Assembly: GCA_965217895.1 (NCBI GenBank)
Contig: CBDCJV010000002.1
Coordinates: forward strand, 1,504,001-1,568,000
Reading direction: 5' to 3'
Length of the DNA: 64,000 nt
Source of the DNA: Waterburya sp.
Lineage (GTDB): Bacteria > Cyanobacteriota > Cyanobacteriia > Cyanobacteriales > Xenococcaceae
The position numbers and the translations under genes were made by a program. This document shows, in pieces, positions 9,985 through 21,013 of the stretch. Every line of letters begins with the position of its first letter. Within the stretch, counting starts at the first letter, position 1. The notes under the pieces were generated by a model. It was not told where the DNA came from. It did not search any database and was given only the letters and a program-made list of their open reading frames with translations.

Positions 9985-10371
9985 ATGAAAATATTGAAGC
10001 TATTGTTTCTTCGGAAATAGAATCAAGAACTTGCTTTAATTTTGTTCTTAATCAATCTAAACTATCGCAGTATTCCTAAGCTAATTTACTCTTAATATGT
10101 TCCCATAGACGTTCAATAAAATTAAGCTCAGGAGAATACAGATAGTAAATTGGAAATACCTCCTTGACAATATTTTTTTAGCCCCCGATATATCGTTGAT
10201 TCATCTCTTCCTAATTTTTGAGATAGTTCTTTTCACGAGCGCGATCGCACCTTGTTTAATCCAGTACAGCATTTGTACTCTTTCTTTAGTGCTGGAAGTT
10301 ACTGCATGGTGCAGTCGGTGTTTCAATTCCTCAACACTTTCATTGACTTCTACCTGAAATTTATTTCCCCT
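9985..10371 (-). mobile_element. IS630-family transposase remnant with N- and C-termini fused and the centre deleted
   Basis: GNKFQVEVNESVEELKHRL...KERVQMLYWIK / KELSQKLGRDESTIYR..KKY.QGG joined near 10139 to YSPELNFIERLWEHIKSKLA*; contains stops and a frameshift. Confidence 0.85.
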
Positions 10372-10410
10372 TCCTGATTACTGTTCAAGCCACTTATCGC
10401 CCCTACAGCT

Positions 10411-10536
10411 TCTGGGCTAGAAGGAGAAAAGGCGACAAAGATAGATGTAGCGGGTAAGATAATAGAATTTATTGTTAAAAATGCTTCTGAAAGCGAATAC
10501 TCTTCGGGTACGTTTCGCATTGGCATTAAGTATTAA
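10411..10536 (+). pseudogene. rimK: C-terminal remnant of RimK (ATP-grasp glutamate ligase)
   Basis: SGLEGEKATKIDVAGKIIEFIVKNA matches the RimK end SPGLEGIE.ATG.D.AGK.IE; lies just upstream of the usual partner desuccinylase gene. Confidence 0.7.
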
Positions 10537-10555
10537 GTATTAAGTATGAAATTAA

Positions 10556-11506
10556 GTGTCAGAAAATACGTTTGAAATTGCCAAGGAAATAATTGCACCA
10601 GGAAAGTTACGGCGTTTTGAGCTTCCTGTAAGCCGATTAGCCACTCAAACTTTAGTTTCTCTGCCTGTTACCGTGGTTAACGGCGTTGAGCCAGGTCCCA
10701 AATTATGGTTAAGCGCAGCTATTCATGGGGATGAAATTAATGGTGTAGAAATTATTGCTCAAATATTAAGCAGAATCAATCCTCAAAAGCTGCGAGGAAC
10801 TATTATTGCCGTTTCCATTGTCAATGTATTTGGCTTTATTGAACAATCGCGCTATCTTCCTGACAGAAGAGATTTGAACCGTTCTTTTCCTGGTTCAGAA
10901 AATGGTTCTTTGGCTTCTCAATTAGCCAATTTGTTTATGCGTGAAATTGTTCAGCGTAGCACCCACGGTATCGATCTACACACCGCAGCAGTTCATCGTA
11001 TTAACTTGCCTCAAATCCGCGCTAACTTAAAAGATGAAACTACTTATTGTTGTGCTAAAGCCTTTGGCGCACCTGTAATGATGCACGCTTCTACTAGGGA
11101 TGGATCTTTGCGCCATGCAGCCACGAGAAAAGGTATTCCTGTCTTATTGTATGAAGCAGGAGAAGCTTTGCGTTTTGACCCTTTGGCAATTGAGGTCGGA
11201 GTTAAGGGAATTTTACAGGTGATGAATTGCTTGGAGATGTATCAAGACGATCTGATTTCAACAGTCTCTGATTCTTGGGAAACTAAAAACAGCAAGTGGA
11301 TTCGGGCTTCTTGTGGAGGTATTTTTCATCTTGAAGTCAACCTAGGCGAGAAAGTTACTAAAAGACAAGAGTTAGGCTATATTACCAATGCTTTTGGAGA
11401 AAGGCGAGTTGCAGTCAGAGCTAGTGTTGAAGGTATGGTCATTAGCCATATTCAAAATCCTTTAGTTAATCAAGGTGATGCTATTATTCATTTGGCAATA
11501 ATTTGA
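10556..11506 (+). CDS. Succinylglutamate desuccinylase/aspartoacylase family (M14 zinc peptidase)
   Basis: AAIHGDEINGVE; DLNRSFPG; GIDLHT; YEAGE. Confidence 0.92.
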   Translation: MSENTFEIAKEIIAPGKLRRFELPVSRLATQTLVSLPVTVVNGVEPGPKLWLSAAIHGDEINGVEIIAQILSRINPQKLRGTIIAVSIVNVFGFIEQSRYLPDRRDLNRSFPGSENGSLASQLANLFMREIVQRSTHGIDLHTAAVHRINLPQIRANLKDETTYCCAKAFGAPVMMHASTRDGSLRHAATRKGIPVLLYEAGEALRFDPLAIEVGVKGILQVMNCLEMYQDDLISTVSDSWETKNSKWIRASCGGIFHLEVNLGEKVTKRQELGYITNAFGERRVAVRASVEGMVISHIQNPLVNQGDAIIHLAII

Positions 11507-11894
11507 TCGTACTTGTTTACCCAATGCTTTATCTGGGTATCTGAATTTTACAACTCAATGAAAAAATATATTAAGCTATAAGCTTTAATAGAATAAAATA
11601 GCTCATGCTGTTCTTTAAATTTAAGCATAACCAATAACGTATAGATTTAGATTATTTGATTTAGCTATGAACGTATTTGGTTTTAAAAGCTTAAAGCTAC
11701 AAGCTACGATAAGCGTAACTATTCAACATAGCTAATCCACATCAGGCGTTAAGTATTAAGTGCTAGATTTAAACATACCTCTCAGTGTTTTCTTGGATAG
11801 AAAGTTATCAAAAATAAGCTTGCTATAATATGCAAGGTACTTAATTTAATCTGAAAGTAACTATTTCTTATATTTATTTAAATATAGTAAGTAA

Positions 11895-12812
11895 ATGGAT
11901 GATTCATTCAAAAAAGATGAGCTTTCGACCTCTAAAATAAATAAACCTTTGGGAGAAACATTAATTGAAGCAGGTTTGATTTCAGCTATTCAATTGGAAA
12001 TTGCTCTAAAGCAACAGACAAAAAGTAATTTGAGAATTGGCGAAATTTTAGCTTCTCATAACTGGATTAAACTAAAAACTGCTGATTTCTTTGCCGAAAA
12101 GTGGGCTAGTTTGCTTCAACAAAAACAGAAAAAGCCATTGGTTTTCTATTTTCGTCACTCAGGTATTCTCGATGAAGAACAAATTGCCGAACTTTTGCTA
12201 GAACAAAAAAATCAGGAAAAACAAGTAAGATTTCATCGATTGGCAGTCGAAAAAGGTTATGTAAAGCAGACGACCGTAGACTTTTTTTTGGCAAATATTT
12301 TTAAAATCTATTATTCTAATGCTTTTTCTTTTGCTCAACCCTATGAAATACTTAGCAAATATAACAAAGGGGAAAAAAATTTTCATCGCACTGAATTATC
12401 AAAAGCCCCTTTGATGGGTGTAAGTTTAAAAGGTATTCAGCTAAATGGCTCTAACTTACGAGAAGCAAATTTGAGTAGCAGTAATTTGAGTAATGCCAGC
12501 TTAATTCAAACTAATTTAGCTTTAGTAGATTTGCTCAAATCAATTTTGACTGAGGTAAACTTTGAGAGAGCTAATCTGTGTCAGGCTAATTTACGGGAGG
12601 CACATTTAAAAGATGCTAACTTCACCAAAGCCAATCTACAAGGCGCAGATTTGACTGGAGCATATTTGTTAAACACTATTTTTGCGGGTGCAGACTTAAG
12701 AAAGAGTAGATTATCCACGAAATATCCCTACGAAGTTTATTACGATGCAGATACTATTTTTGATGATGATTTTGATCCGCAACAGGCTGGATGGAAAAAA
12801 ATAACCAGCTAG
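11895..12812 (+). CDS. Pentapeptide-repeat protein with N-terminal MshEN-like repeats
   Basis: KPLGETLIEAGLISAIQLEIALKQQ...RIGEIL; C-terminal ANLxx/ADLxx repeats. Confidence 0.8.
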   Translation: MDDSFKKDELSTSKINKPLGETLIEAGLISAIQLEIALKQQTKSNLRIGEILASHNWIKLKTADFFAEKWASLLQQKQKKPLVFYFRHSGILDEEQIAELLLEQKNQEKQVRFHRLAVEKGYVKQTTVDFFLANIFKIYYSNAFSFAQPYEILSKYNKGEKNFHRTELSKAPLMGVSLKGIQLNGSNLREANLSSSNLSNASLIQTNLALVDLLKSILTEVNFERANLCQANLREAHLKDANFTKANLQGADLTGAYLLNTIFAGADLRKSRLSTKYPYEVYYDADTIFDDDFDPQQAGWKKITS

Positions 12813-12839
12813 TAGCATTTTTGTCCAAACAGCAATAAA

Positions 12840-14360
12840 TCACAGTCTCAAATCGACTGCGACACGATGCCCACAACTCATACCCGAAAAAGCAACAGCA
12901 TTTAAACCTTGACCAGGGAAAGTACTATCCCCAACACAATATAGTCCTGAGATCTTGGTACGATTAAAAGGCATTCCCAATAAACCAGCCAGCTTACGGC
13001 GAGGAATAGGACCATAGGTGCCATCTTCTCTGCCTAAGAAACGGCGATGAGTCCGAGGTGTGCCAACTTCTTGATAGTCTAATGCTGCCGATAGTCCAGG
13101 AAATATTGTTTCGAGTCTTTTAATTAGACTAGCGGCGGCTTCTTCTTTTTTGGCTTGATACTCATGAGGAGTCAATCCTTGCCACTCTTCGATCCAGCTA
13201 GGGGTAAAGCTATGAATAATATGATGTCCTTCTGGAGCTAAACTAGGCTCAAGTAAAGTAGGAATAGAGACAAAGATAGTTCCTTGGCTGTCTTCAAGCT
13301 TGTCCCAATTTTCGAGGATAATATGATGACATTCCGTACCTTCAGGTAAAACTTTGGCATCAACCCCTAAGTGTAGACTAAGAAAGCTAGGAGATTTTTT
13401 ATATCTTTGTTGCCACTTTTGTTCTTTTTTGGGAGTATTTGCTGAAGGAATAAGTTTACCAAAAGTATCCCATCTAGTAGCGTTGGAAACGACTTTTTTA
13501 GCGCGATATTCCTTGCCCTCAGCGGTTTTGACCCCCACTGCTTTACCGTTTTCTAGCAGAATATTAGTAACTCTGGTTTTGTATTTAATTTCTCCACCTA
13601 CCTTAATTAATCCCTCAGCCAGCTTTTGAGCAATTTGCCCGACACCGCCTTTGGGGTAGTTAATGCCTCCATAATGGCGATCGCTAAATACCATTCCCGC
13701 ATTAATCATGGGTGTCTTCGCAGCAGGGACAACTGACCAGCAATAGCATTCCATGTCAATAAACTTTAGCAGTTGAGGATCGCTGATATGTTTACGAGCA
13801 ATATCTCCCGCATTAGTAGGTAAATACTTTGCTAAACCCAAACAAGATAATGGCTTCTGGAAAAACACTCGCATCAGATAGCGAGGTTCTTCTAATGAAA
13901 GCAACTCCATCGAGTTGAGGTAATTAAACACATCCCAACATTCGCCATAAAAACCGCGAATACCTTCTTCTTCGTGGGGAAAAATAGCAACTAGTTCTTG
14001 TAAAAATTCTTCGTAGTCGCGATGAACCTTGAGTTCTAAATCATCTGGTAAATGGTAATGAATTTGAACTGGATCGGCAATGGCTTCAATCTTCATATCT
14101 ACCGCATCTAAAGCGCGAGTTAGTAAATTGGTTGTTCCTTTGTCGCCCAAACCAAAAATCATTGATGCACCAACATCAAAGCGATAGCCTTCTCGCTCAA
14201 AATAGCCGCCACTACCACCAGGAATCAAATAACGTTCTAAAACTAATACTTTTGCTCCTTTGGCTGCTAATTGGGTAGCCGTAACTAAACCCCCAATGCC
14301 AGAACCAATAACTACCACATCATAAGCTGTAGTAGGAGTGATTGTTGCAGTCGCGCTCAT
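12840..14360 (-). CDS. crtH: Carotenoid isomerase
   Basis: [12 protein letters not shown] motif; [46 protein letters not shown]. Confidence 0.95.
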   Translation of the reverse strand: MSATATITPTTAYDVVVIGSGIGGLVTATQLAAKGAKVLVLERYLIPGGSGGYFEREGYRFDVGASMIFGLGDKGTTNLLTRALDAVDMKIEAIADPVQIHYHLPDDLELKVHRDYEEFLQELVAIFPHEEEGIRGFYGECWDVFNYLNSMELLSLEEPRYLMRVFFQKPLSCLGLAKYLPTNAGDIARKHISDPQLLKFIDMECYCWSVVPAAKTPMINAGMVFSDRHYGGINYPKGGVGQIAQKLAEGLIKVGGEIKYKTRVTNILLENGKAVGVKTAEGKEYRAKKVVSNATRWDTFGKLIPSANTPKKEQKWQQRYKKSPSFLSLHLGVDAKVLPEGTECHHIILENWDKLEDSQGTIFVSIPTLLEPSLAPEGHHIIHSFTPSWIEEWQGLTPHEYQAKKEEAAASLIKRLETIFPGLSAALDYQEVGTPRTHRRFLGREDGTYGPIPRRKLAGLLGMPFNRTKISGLYCVGDSTFPGQGLNAVAFSGMSCGHRVAVDLRL

Positions 14361-14533
14361 AAATTGTAAAAATGATAAAAAAATTTCAATTGATGCTTTT
14401 GTTAAATATATAGTCTACTAAAATTATCTCGCGCAAAGACGCAAAGAAGGTAAATATACATTTAAATGTAACTCGGTATCAGTAAACTCTAAGCGGATAA
14501 ATGTAGGCGATCGCGGCTTCATTAACCATTCAT

Positions 14534-14839
14534 TCATTTTAGACTATCGTGTTCTGTCAAAATCCGCTCTACCCTTGCTTCTTCAATTCTGGTGGTCAAT
14601 TTTTTCCCTTCATGAATGTCTCTTTGAGTTTTAGTTAAGCTAATAGTTGAACCAACGGTAAAGGTCAATCCCATGCCCATAAAACCTTTGACCCAACCAT
14701 CTACGGGTAAGTATAATATTCCTATCGCCGTAGCCGAAATAGAAAGAACAAAAGATAACCAAGTTTGAATTACCCAAGCTGAACTATGATCTTGATTAAT
14801 TGATTTTCTGCTCATTACCATAACTTGCTCCACAGACAA
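14534..14839 (-). CDS. YiaA/YiaB two-helix membrane protein
   Basis: AWVIQTWLSF...GILYLPVDGWVKGF...SLTKTQRD. Confidence 0.85.
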   Translation of the reverse strand: MSVEQVMVMSRKSINQDHSSAWVIQTWLSFVLSISATAIGILYLPVDGWVKGFMGMGLTFTVGSTISLTKTQRDIHEGKKLTTRIEEARVERILTEHDSLK

Positions 14840-14977
14840 AGTTTAATTACCAAATATTTTATAAAAGTCTGTTGTTCTAAAACTACAGTTAGATGACAGT
14901 TACTTGATTGGATTGATAGATGCGATCGCATCTCAGCTATTATTCTCTAAATAATTATTTAAAGTACTAAACTTGAA

Positions 14978-16156
14978 ATGTCATTCACCAGCCAAAATTT
15001 AAACTCGCGCATGGATCGGGTACAGCTACCGCTGATTCCTTTTGTGAGTGAATTAATTCAGCGCAATCCAGGCACAATATCATTAGGACAGGGCGTAGTT
15101 GCTTATCCGCCACCAGAAAAAGCGATCGCCTCATTGCAATCATTTTTAGCTCAACCAAACAATCATTTATACCAAGCCGTCACGGGAATTGAACCCTTAA
15201 TAGAAGCGATCAAGACTAAACTTGCTCAGGATAACAAAATTAAAGTTGGAGATCGACACTGCATTGTTGTGACTGCTGGCAGCAATATGGCATTTATGAA
15301 TGCAGTCCTAGGGATTACCAAGGCAGGAGACGAAATTATCCTTAATACTCCCTATTACTTTAATCATGAGATGGCAATTACCATGGCTAATTGTCATTCC
15401 GTATTAGTTAGCACCGATGCTCAATATCAGCTAGATATCGAGGCTATATCAAAAGCAGTTACACCAAAAACCAAGGCGATTGTGACTATTTCGCCCAACA
15501 ATCCCACGGGAGCAATATATAATGAGCATAGCTTAAAGGCAGTTAATAATCTCTGTCGCGATCGCGGTATTTATCATATTAGCGATGAGGCTTATGAATA
15601 CTTTACCTACGATGGAGTTAAGCATACTTCTCCTGGTGCTTTTGCAGGTAGCCAAGCCCATACTATTTCTCTTTTTAGCCTCTCCAAAGCCTATGGTTTT
15701 GCTAGCTGGCGCATTGGCTATATGTTTATTCCTCAACACTTGTTAATGCCAATTAAAAAAATACAGGATACCAATTTAATTTGTCCTCCAGTAGTTTCTC
15801 AATATGCGGCATTGGGTGCATTAGAAACAGGAATTAGCTATTGTCAACAACATTTACCAGAGATTGCCAAAGTAAGAGCTATTTTTGCCGAACAGCTAAA
15901 GTCAATTCCAGAAATCTGTAACGTTACCACTGGAGATGGGGCGTTTTATTTCTTTCTGAAAATTAATACCGATCTCAATGACCTAGATTTAGTTAAGCAG
16001 CTAGTCGAAAAACACCAGGTAGCAGTAATCCCTGGTAGCACTTTTGGTATGGAAAATGGCTGTTATCTCAGGGTGGCATATGGTAGTCTGCAACTGTCTA
16101 CTGCTGAAGCGGGAATTGAGCGATTGATTAGCGGTTTAAAAAATATCTGTAGATGA
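14978..16156 (+). CDS. PLP-dependent class I/II aminotransferase
   Basis: ISLGQG; SPNNPTG; SDEAY; SLSKAYGFASWRIG. Confidence 0.93.
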   Translation: MSFTSQNLNSRMDRVQLPLIPFVSELIQRNPGTISLGQGVVAYPPPEKAIASLQSFLAQPNNHLYQAVTGIEPLIEAIKTKLAQDNKIKVGDRHCIVVTAGSNMAFMNAVLGITKAGDEIILNTPYYFNHEMAITMANCHSVLVSTDAQYQLDIEAISKAVTPKTKAIVTISPNNPTGAIYNEHSLKAVNNLCRDRGIYHISDEAYEYFTYDGVKHTSPGAFAGSQAHTISLFSLSKAYGFASWRIGYMFIPQHLLMPIKKIQDTNLICPPVVSQYAALGALETGISYCQQHLPEIAKVRAIFAEQLKSIPEICNVTTGDGAFYFFLKINTDLNDLDLVKQLVEKHQVAVIPGSTFGMENGCYLRVAYGSLQLSTAEAGIERLISGLKNICR

Positions 16157-16208
16157 TTTCTAATCTAGTTTTGCAGTTTATGATATAAAAGAGCGGGTTA
16201 AAAGGAGA

Positions 16209-16631
16209 TTGATGACTCAAATTAAGTTAATGCACGGCAAGCTTCATCGCGTCAGGGTTACAGAAGCTAATGTAAATTATGTAGGCAGTATCACTATTGA
16301 TCGAGACTTAATGGATAAAGTCGGCATCCTGCCTTTAGAAGAGGTAGATGTAATTAACCTAGACAACGGCAAACGCTGGACTACTTACGCGATCTCAGGA
16401 GAAGCAGGTACAGGAGAAATCTGCCCTAATGGTGGTGCAGCCTTGTTATGTAAACCTGGAGATCTCTTGATTATTATTGCCTACGAATATTGCGATCGCG
16501 CTCAGGTTATGAGTGATGGACATCAGGCAAAGGTAATTGTAGCTGATGAAAACAATCGCTGTCAAAAGTTTATTGAACAGAATCTGGTTGTTAATGGCGA
16601 TCGCTTAGAGCTATTTCAACCGCTTAATTGA
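16209..16631 (+). CDS. panD: Aspartate 1-decarboxylase
   Basis: [21 protein letters not shown] (Gly-Ser cleavage site); NGGAA. Confidence 0.96.
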   Translation: MMTQIKLMHGKLHRVRVTEANVNYVGSITIDRDLMDKVGILPLEEVDVINLDNGKRWTTYAISGEAGTGEICPNGGAALLCKPGDLLIIIAYEYCDRAQVMSDGHQAKVIVADENNRCQKFIEQNLVVNGDRLELFQPLN

Positions 16632-16707
16632 GCGAGGAAGGTTGAGCAATTTAAATAACTAATATTACTGCGCTTTTCAGTTGAGTAGAATACACAAGTT
16701 TATTCTG

Positions 16708-16746
16708 AAAAGCTAAAAGCTAAAAGCTTATAGCTAATAGCTAAAA
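16708..16746 (+). repeat. Degenerate heptamer tandem repeat (AAAGCTA)n
   Basis: aaagcta aaagcta aaagctt atagcta atagcta. Confidence 0.75.
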
Positions 16747-16776
16747 ACCAGTTAATCCCGAACGTAGTCTATCCAA

Positions 16777-17676
16777 TTGAAAACTGCTGTAAATATGACT
16801 CAGGAGCAAACTAAGAGCAAACCAACTTGGCAGAAGGTAATACATCTCTTGCGTTGGGATAAACCAGCGGGAAGACTAATTTTGATGATTCCTGCCCTGT
16901 GGGCTGTGTTTTTGGCTGCTAAAGGAACACCTCCTGTTCCTTTAGTGGGCGTGATAATTTTAGGTACTTTAGCCACTAGTGCAGCAGGGTGTGTAGTTAA
17001 CGATCTCTGGGATAAAGATATTGACCCCCAGGTAGCTAGAACAAAATCTCGCCCTTTAGCATCCCGCGCCCTGTCAGTAAAAGTGGGAATTGCTATTTTT
17101 ATGGTTGCTCTAATCTGCGCTGCCATACTAGCCATTTATCTCAATCCTCTCAGCTTTATTCTCTGTGTAGCTGCTGTTCCTTTGATTGTTTTCTATCCCT
17201 TGGCAAAGCGTGTATTTCCTGTTCCTCAGCTAGTTTTATCCTTAGCTTGGGGTTTTGCCGTGTTAATTAGCTGGACTGCCGTAACCGCAAACATTGAGCC
17301 TGCTACCTGGTTGCTTTGGGGTGCAACCGTAGCCTGGACGATGGGTTTTGATACAGGTTATGCCCTATCCGACCGAGAAGATGATTTAAAAGTTGGCATC
17401 AATTCTAGTGCGATCTTTTTTGGTAAATATACCCCAGGCGCGATCGCTATTTTTTATGCTATTACAGTAAGTTTATTGGCTTACTTAGGCTTGATGCTAG
17501 CTTTGGGTTTGGCTTTCTGGGTAAGTCTAGCTTTAGCTTTTGCTGGCTGGACATGGCAATATCTAAAACTGCGTCAGCCGAATATACCTCGTTCTGTTTA
17601 CGGCAAAGTTTTGAAACAAAATGTCTGGTTAGGTTTTATCTTATTAGCAGGAATGATCCTAGGTTATTTAGCTTGA
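16777..17676 (+). CDS. ubiA: 4-hydroxybenzoate solanesyltransferase (UbiA/PlqA); probable start at ATG 16795
   Basis: LLRWDKPAG; NDLWDKDIDPQVARTKSRPL; DREDD. Confidence 0.93.
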   Translation: MKTAVNMTQEQTKSKPTWQKVIHLLRWDKPAGRLILMIPALWAVFLAAKGTPPVPLVGVIILGTLATSAAGCVVNDLWDKDIDPQVARTKSRPLASRALSVKVGIAIFMVALICAAILAIYLNPLSFILCVAAVPLIVFYPLAKRVFPVPQLVLSLAWGFAVLISWTAVTANIEPATWLLWGATVAWTMGFDTGYALSDREDDLKVGINSSAIFFGKYTPGAIAIFYAITVSLLAYLGLMLALGLAFWVSLALAFAGWTWQYLKLRQPNIPRSVYGKVLKQNVWLGFILLAGMILGYLA

Positions 17677-17800
17677 AGATTTATTTGTAGAAAAAGCTTT
17701 CATCATCAGGGTATTATTTTATGGACTTGTCAATGAAATTCCTTCTAATCTGGATTAGAGAGAAGTTTTTGACATTTTGTAACCAAATATTGAGGAGATT

Positions 17801-18250
17801 ATGGAACGCACTTTTATCATGATTAAACCCGATGGCGTACAGCGTCATCTAACAGGTGAAATTATCGATCGCTTTGAAACTAAAGGTTTTACCCTAGTAG
17901 GACTAAAAATGATGCAGGTTTCTCGCGAACTAGCTGAAAAACATTATGGTGTTCATAAAGAAAGACCTTTTTTCAATAGCCTAATTGAATTTATTACTTC
18001 TGCGCCAGTAATTGCGATGGTGTGGGAAGGCGATAGTGCAGTTAGTGCTGCCAGAAACCTAATTGGCGCGACTAATCCTGTGACCGCTGCGCCTGGTTCA
18101 ATACGCGGCGATCTCGGAGTTAGTATTGGACGCAATTTGATTCATGGTTCGGATGCGATTGAAACCGCCCAAACAGAAGTAGCCTTATGGTTTCAAGAAG
18201 AAGAATTAATCAGCTGGAAACCTGTTAGAAAACCCTGGCTCTACGAATAA
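17801..18250 (+). CDS. ndk: Nucleoside diphosphate kinase
   Basis: [22 protein letters not shown]. Confidence 0.98.
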   Translation: MERTFIMIKPDGVQRHLTGEIIDRFETKGFTLVGLKMMQVSRELAEKHYGVHKERPFFNSLIEFITSAPVIAMVWEGDSAVSAARNLIGATNPVTAAPGSIRGDLGVSIGRNLIHGSDAIETAQTEVALWFQEEELISWKPVRKPWLYE

Positions 18251-18294
18251 ATAAAACTAGGAGAATTAGAGACGGCAAAGCTTATTTAATTCTC

Positions 18295-18681
18295 CTATTC
18301 CTCTTCATAATCTTGATTTGCCAGAGCAAATAAGCCACAAATAGCACAGGTCATCATACCTAAAGCGATCGCCCAACTGCTGCCACCAAAGCTAATATCT
18401 ATCAGCCAATTGGTTAATGCCCCGACAACTAAAAAAGGCACAATGCCCAGTATCGAAGCATAAAAAGCATTTTGTGACTCTCTGGTAGGACGAGTTGCAT
18501 CAAATTCTTCAACGGAAGTATAAAGCCACTTTTCAGCAAAGTTCAACCATCTCTCTAATTGTTTACTAATCCAGCTTTTTGCTGAATCTAAACCAATATA
18601 CAAAGCTAAAGACCAGATACAACTTCCTGCAATACTTACTGTATCTAGGTCAAAAACAAAGGGAACAAAATTAATTTTCAT
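18295..18681 (-). CDS. Conserved cyanobacterial membrane protein
   Basis: Three hydrophobic segments; RESQNAFYAS motif. Confidence 0.75.
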   Translation of the reverse strand: MKINFVPFVFDLDTVSIAGSCIWSLALYIGLDSAKSWISKQLERWLNFAEKWLYTSVEEFDATRPTRESQNAFYASILGIVPFLVVGALTNWLIDISFGGSSWAIALGMMTCAICGLFALANQDYEEE

Positions 18682-19027
18682 ACTTATTGGTAAATATTTA
18701 TTTCTAATGTGTTTCGATTTGCTTGAAGGTGGGGCATAAGTTCATCAAAACTTTATCAGTATGGCTTTGAACTCAAAGATATGATGGGTACCTATAAGTA
18801 CTTTAGTTTAGTATTGCTGGTCAAAAAATTAAAGAGTATCCTAATAAAGGTCTTTCAGCTTTCGTAAAAAAGTTGTTTATTTTCCTGCCAATTATTACTT
18901 AAAAATTATCTATTATCTGCTAAAAATGCTTTGGGGAACTTTATTATGTTTAATTTCTAAAAAAAAGCTAGAAAACTTATTTTTAAACCACTAAGCACTA
19001 ATCTATTATATTGATGAGCCAAAATTA

Positions 19028-19660
19028 ATGAGCTACAAATCAAGAGTTCGATGGAGTCGTTTACTCGGCACTACAACAGCGACTTTCGTAATTTCATTTG
19101 GATTTCAAAACTGGAAGATACTTCAAACTGAAGCTTCGGATCTACCTAAAGATAATTTAATTGCTCAAGATGTCTCTGCTATTTGGGAAAAAGGCTCTTT
19201 TCCTGTGGAAAACTTTGAATCTTATACCTCTCCATTTGGTTATCGAATTAATCCTGTTACCAGAGTACGACAATTTCATAATGGTTTGGATCTAGCTGCC
19301 CCTCTGGGTAGCTATATTCGTAGCTGGTGGGGTGGCAAAGTAATTAAACTATCAGACGATGGTGCTTGCGGTACATCCGTGACTATTCAGTCAGGAGCAT
19401 GGGAACACATCTACTGTCACATGGAAGGATCTGTAGAAACATCTTCTCAAGGTACTTATCTTATAGACCGTCCTGGCGGTATTCAACTTGTTGAGGGACA
19501 AGATGTACCCGCAGGAGCGAGAATTGGTCGGGTTGGCATAAGCGGCAGAACTACTGGTCCTCATTTGCATTGGACACTCAAATATAATGGAAATTATGTA
19601 GATCCTGCTTTAGTTCTCAAAGAAATGTTTAAGCGTCAGACTATTTCTTCCTCATCATGA
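19028..19660 (+). CDS. M23-family metallopeptidase (exported)
   Basis: FHNGLDLAAP; TTGPHLHW; signal-like N-terminus. Confidence 0.92.
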   Translation: MSYKSRVRWSRLLGTTTATFVISFGFQNWKILQTEASDLPKDNLIAQDVSAIWEKGSFPVENFESYTSPFGYRINPVTRVRQFHNGLDLAAPLGSYIRSWWGGKVIKLSDDGACGTSVTIQSGAWEHIYCHMEGSVETSSQGTYLIDRPGGIQLVEGQDVPAGARIGRVGISGRTTGPHLHWTLKYNGNYVDPALVLKEMFKRQTISSSS

Positions 19661-19696
19661 ATTACACAAAACGTGAATTGCTTTTGTTCTGAATTT

Positions 19697-19945
19697 TTAA
19701 TTTTGGCTCTTAACTTTTTGAGAAGTTATATAGTCGGCAAATGCCTTGGGATAAAGAATTAAAAAGTATACCCACCAAACGGTAATTAGGACAGATACGC
19801 CAAGAGTAATCCAAATAGTATGCAGTATTAGCCAGCTAGCTGAAATTATAGTCAGTCCCGCCAAAATAATTGACCAGGGTTGACACCAGCCAGGTTTATA
19901 GTCCCAGACGCTGGTAGATTCAGAATTAGATTGAGTTTCGATCAT
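19697..19945 (-). CDS. Small conserved cyanobacterial membrane protein (DUF6737-like)
   Basis: [14 protein letters not shown] motif; two TM segments; 4-nt overlap with rph. Confidence 0.8.
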   Translation of the reverse strand: MIETQSNSESTSVWDYKPGWCQPWSIILAGLTIISASWLILHTIWITLGVSVLITVWWVYFLILYPKAFADYITSQKVKSQN

Positions 19946-20664
19946 CTCTGCAATGCTGCCTGTTGAGCTTCGAGTAGTTCTTTTATTCCTGTTTCTGCTA
20001 AGTCTAGCATTTGATTTAATTGCGATCGCGTCATACTATTAGATTCTGCCGTTCCTTGAATTTCAATTATTTCTAGCTTACTATTCATAACTACGTTTAA
20101 ATCTACGTCTGCTGCCACATCTTCAGGGTAGTCTAAATCTAGAAACCCTTCGCCATCAATTAAGCCGACTGAAACCGCAGCCACAGGCTTCAATAGAGGC
20201 GATTTTTTAAGTTCTCCTGCTGCAATCAGCTTATCAATTCCGTGAGCTAATGCCACATAGCTGCCTGTAATTGATGCAGTGCGTGTTCCTGCATCTGCCT
20301 GTAATACATCCGCGTCGATGGTAATTGTTCTTTCACCAAAACCCTTAAGATTAATAGCTGCTCTCAAACTCCGTCCGATCAACCTTTGTATTTCTTGAGT
20401 ACGTCCTGAAAGCTTCATCAACTCTCTAGAATGACGGGTATTTGTTGCTCCTGGTAACATCCTATATTCTGCCGTCAGCCAACCTTGACCACTATTAAGC
20501 AAAAACCTAGGAACTCTATCCTCAATACTAACGGTACAAAGAACTTTCGTTTTGCCACACTCAATAATCACCGACGATAAAGGATTATCAATAAAATCTA
20601 GCTGAAACCTGTGAGGGCGGAGTTGGTTAGGTTGACGATTATCAGAACGTTGCCAAGACACCAT
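19942..20664 (-). CDS. rph: Ribonuclease PH
   Basis: [46 protein letters not shown]. Confidence 0.97.
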   Translation of the reverse strand: MVSWQRSDNRQPNQLRPHRFQLDFIDNPLSSVIIECGKTKVLCTVSIEDRVPRFLLNSGQGWLTAEYRMLPGATNTRHSRELMKLSGRTQEIQRLIGRSLRAAINLKGFGERTITIDADVLQADAGTRTASITGSYVALAHGIDKLIAAGELKKSPLLKPVAAVSVGLIDGEGFLDLDYPEDVAADVDLNVVMNSKLEIIEIQGTAESNSMTRSQLNQMLDLAETGIKELLEAQQAALQR

Positions 20665-21013
20665 ATTGTATTGCTTTTAAATTAATTGACAATGTAAGTC
20701 TGGCAAATTATGACAGGAGTAAAATTAACAATTGCTCAAGTCGATATAGTTCTTAACTAATTGACTAATAAAGTTTAAGTTTACTTACGCTTTTAGTTAA
20801 AATCGTTACTTTTCTACTAATTCTTTATATGTATATTATCTTAAAGACTTAAAAGTAAGTAATGTTTAACCAAATTTCAAGTAGTTATTTAAGATTTTTA
20901 AAATTATCTTCTAAAGTCAGTTTTTGCCTATATCGTAGTAAATGAATGAATGAGGTAAGTTTTAATTACTCCTTATTAAAAAAACGTTTATACCTGAAAT
21001 TGTTTTAGAAGTT

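Noticed and set aside
9795..9986. 63-aa minus-strand ORF
   Set aside because: Its ATG lies at the IS630 relic junction and no family is recognisable; probably debris
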